From positions 1 through 24,694 of IMG/VR virus record IMGVR_UViG_3300020042_003684: DNA of 24,694 bases; one strand, given 5' to 3'. Below are positions 23,296-24,694 of the stretch, one piece after another. Position 1 is the first letter of the stretch. Every line of letters begins with the position of its first letter. Source of the stretch: a virus. Taxonomy: Duplodnaviria > Caudoviricetes. The notes under the pieces were generated by a model, which saw nothing but the letters and a program-made list of their open reading frames with translations, was not told the DNA's origin and did not search any database. The position numbers were made by a program, and so were the translations under genes.

Positions 23296-24694
23296 TCTGC
23301 GATGTTGCCGAATCTGCCTTGTCGGTTACTGCGACTTGCCGATCCTGATAGTCCTTGATTAATTGTTGAGTCGCGTATCGCGCTGCCTACTGTTTGACCA
23401 TCTAGATAAATTTGAATGTTTAGCAACTGGCTTTCTGCCGCTTGGGCTGCATTGTAGGCTGTTGCCAATTCCATTTGTGCATCTGAGAAAGATGAAGAGA
23501 CTTCTACTGGCTTTTCGCCAAGAGTTGATACTGAGACTCCTAAAGAAGCAGCTGTCCATGCCAATACATCTGCAGGGATCTTCCAATTCTCGTACGGGTT
23601 TGGAGCCTTAGGAGTAGCAAGCAACGCAGCCTGTAGAAGGTTGTTGCGCTTGACGGCTTCTTCTAATTGACCAGCAAGCTTTGTTGCTAAGGTCTCGTTC
23701 TTATCTAGCAGCGCAATCTGTAGCTGTAGGGATAAGCGATCACTTTCGCTGATCTTACCCTTCAAGCCTGCTGCTAGTCCGATCTGCTCTAACTCAAGCA
23801 TCCGAGCGGACTTCTCAAGTGCTGTCTTCTTCTTAGCGTCTGCTAATTGCTTGCCTTGCATTCTTGCTAATTCTTTTGCTCGCTTGTCTGCATCTGCTTG
23901 CAGTTTGGCAGCTGCTGCACGTTCTGCTGCTGTTGCATAAATACCAACAGGCATTGAACCGATGTAGCCCATCTTTATTTGATTGAAAGATGCCTTAAAC
24001 ATCTTCTCCTGTAGATCGATGATCTTTACAACATCATTCTCATAATCGTCGAAAGGGTTTAACGATGCCAAGATAGCTTGGTCAGATGTCAAGTAGTAAA
24101 GTTTCTTAAAGCCAAAGACTGCTGTTGCAACCATGTCAGCAATTTTGGATGCCAAGCGTTCAATCTTGGCCACGAACTCCTGTGGATCTCCTGCTGCAAA
24201 GGCAGAGATAAGAGACTCGACTAAAGCCCCACCGATCTTCTCAGATGCCTCTCCTGCTGCTGTGTTGATTAGTTGAAACTTGCCAGCATAGGTGTCAAGG
24301 TAATCTGCATTAGCACCCTTGAACTGATCAGATAGTTTGGCCTGCACATCAGCAAACTTCATTGTCTTGAGTTCTGCCTTGGTTAGCCCTAGGTTGTACT
24401 TACCTAGTCCTCTGGTCTGTCCAAGATAAGCATTGGCTAAATCTTGCACCACTGTTTCGTATTCGATGCCAGAGCCTGCTGAGATGTCAGTGGCCTGTGT
24501 AAGTAGTTCTTGAGCCTTTGTGACAGATCCAGTTGTCTGCAATAGTTTCTGCATTGCTGGACGTAATTGATCATCTGTGATGCCTGTGGCCGCGCTGAGA
24601 CCAGAGATAAAAGACTCAATGCGAGGAGTCTCAAAGGCTATGCCTAGATTTTTGACTGCAATTGATAACTGACGAGCGGCCTTTTCATCTGCAA
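23292..24694 (-). CDS. Tail tape measure protein, 5' end outside the window
   Basis: Frame is open to the edge: ADEKAARQLSIAVKNLGIAFETPRIE.. matches A from residue 61. Confidence 0.92.
   Translation of the reverse strand, partial: ADEKAARQLSIAVKNLGIAFETPRIESFISGLSAATGITDDQLRPAMQKLLQTTGSVTKAQELLTQATDISAGSGIEYETVVQDLANAYLGQTRGLGKYNLGLTKAELKTMKFADVQAKLSDQFKGANADYLDTYAGKFQLINTAAGEASEKIGGALVESLISAFAAGDPQEFVAKIERLASKIADMVATAVFGFKKLYYLTSDQAILASLNPFDDYENDVVKIIDLQEKMFKASFNQIKMGYIGSMPVGIYATAAERAAAAKLQADADKRAKELARMQGKQLADAKKKTALEKSARMLELEQIGLAAGLKGKISESDRLSLQLQIALLDKNETLATKLAGQLEEAVKRNNLLQAALLATPKAPNPYENWKIPADVLAWTAASLGVSVSTLGEKPVEVSSSFSDAQMELATAYNAAQAAESQLLNIQIYLDGQTVGSAIRDSTINQGLSGSASRSNRQGRFGNIAE

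Larger units (their letters stand above)
15331..24694 (-). mobile_element. Phage genome B: partial, related to A, inverted
   Basis: Syntenic homologs of A genes 6792-15338 on the minus strand, with many synonymous changes and gene swaps. Confidence 0.93.

Noticed and set aside
6792-24694. Giant inverted terminal repeat or fold-back duplication of one genome
   Set aside because: The arms differ by many synonymous changes, gene swaps and insertions; they are two related phages.
1-24694. Integrated prophage, att sites or tRNA genes
   Set aside because: No host genes, integrase or cloverleaf-like sequence recognised.

Overview
The window holds two related but clearly distinct miniature siphophage genomes in inverted orientation. 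Genome A (+ strand, ~120-15338) is nearly complete (estimated ~16 kb): large terminase, portal, fused protease-major capsid protein, head-tail and tail genes with a -1 frameshift chaperone, tape measure, Gly-rich fibre, LAS-type peptidase endolysin and holins, metallophosphoesterase, DUF6378, Rad52/Sak-like annealing protein, resolvase, FmdB zinc ribbon and a truncated SLT-like protein. Genome B (- strand, ~15331-24694, plus probably 1-121) covers tape measure to the packaging HNH and adds an adenine methyltransferase and an HTH-HNH gene. Both junctions break genes at apparent microhomologies, and three 1-nt homopolymer deletions are present, so the arrangement is most likely an amplification, long-read or assembly chimera. 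It also works as a built-in pairwise alignment. That comparison reveals DnaA boxes in a phage with no recognisable replication genes, a conserved GTTAC-N6-GTTAC (MtrA/GlnR-like) box, covarying 5' hairpins, leaderless promoters and an unannotated acidic microprotein. A freshwater actinobacterial host is inferred, not shown.
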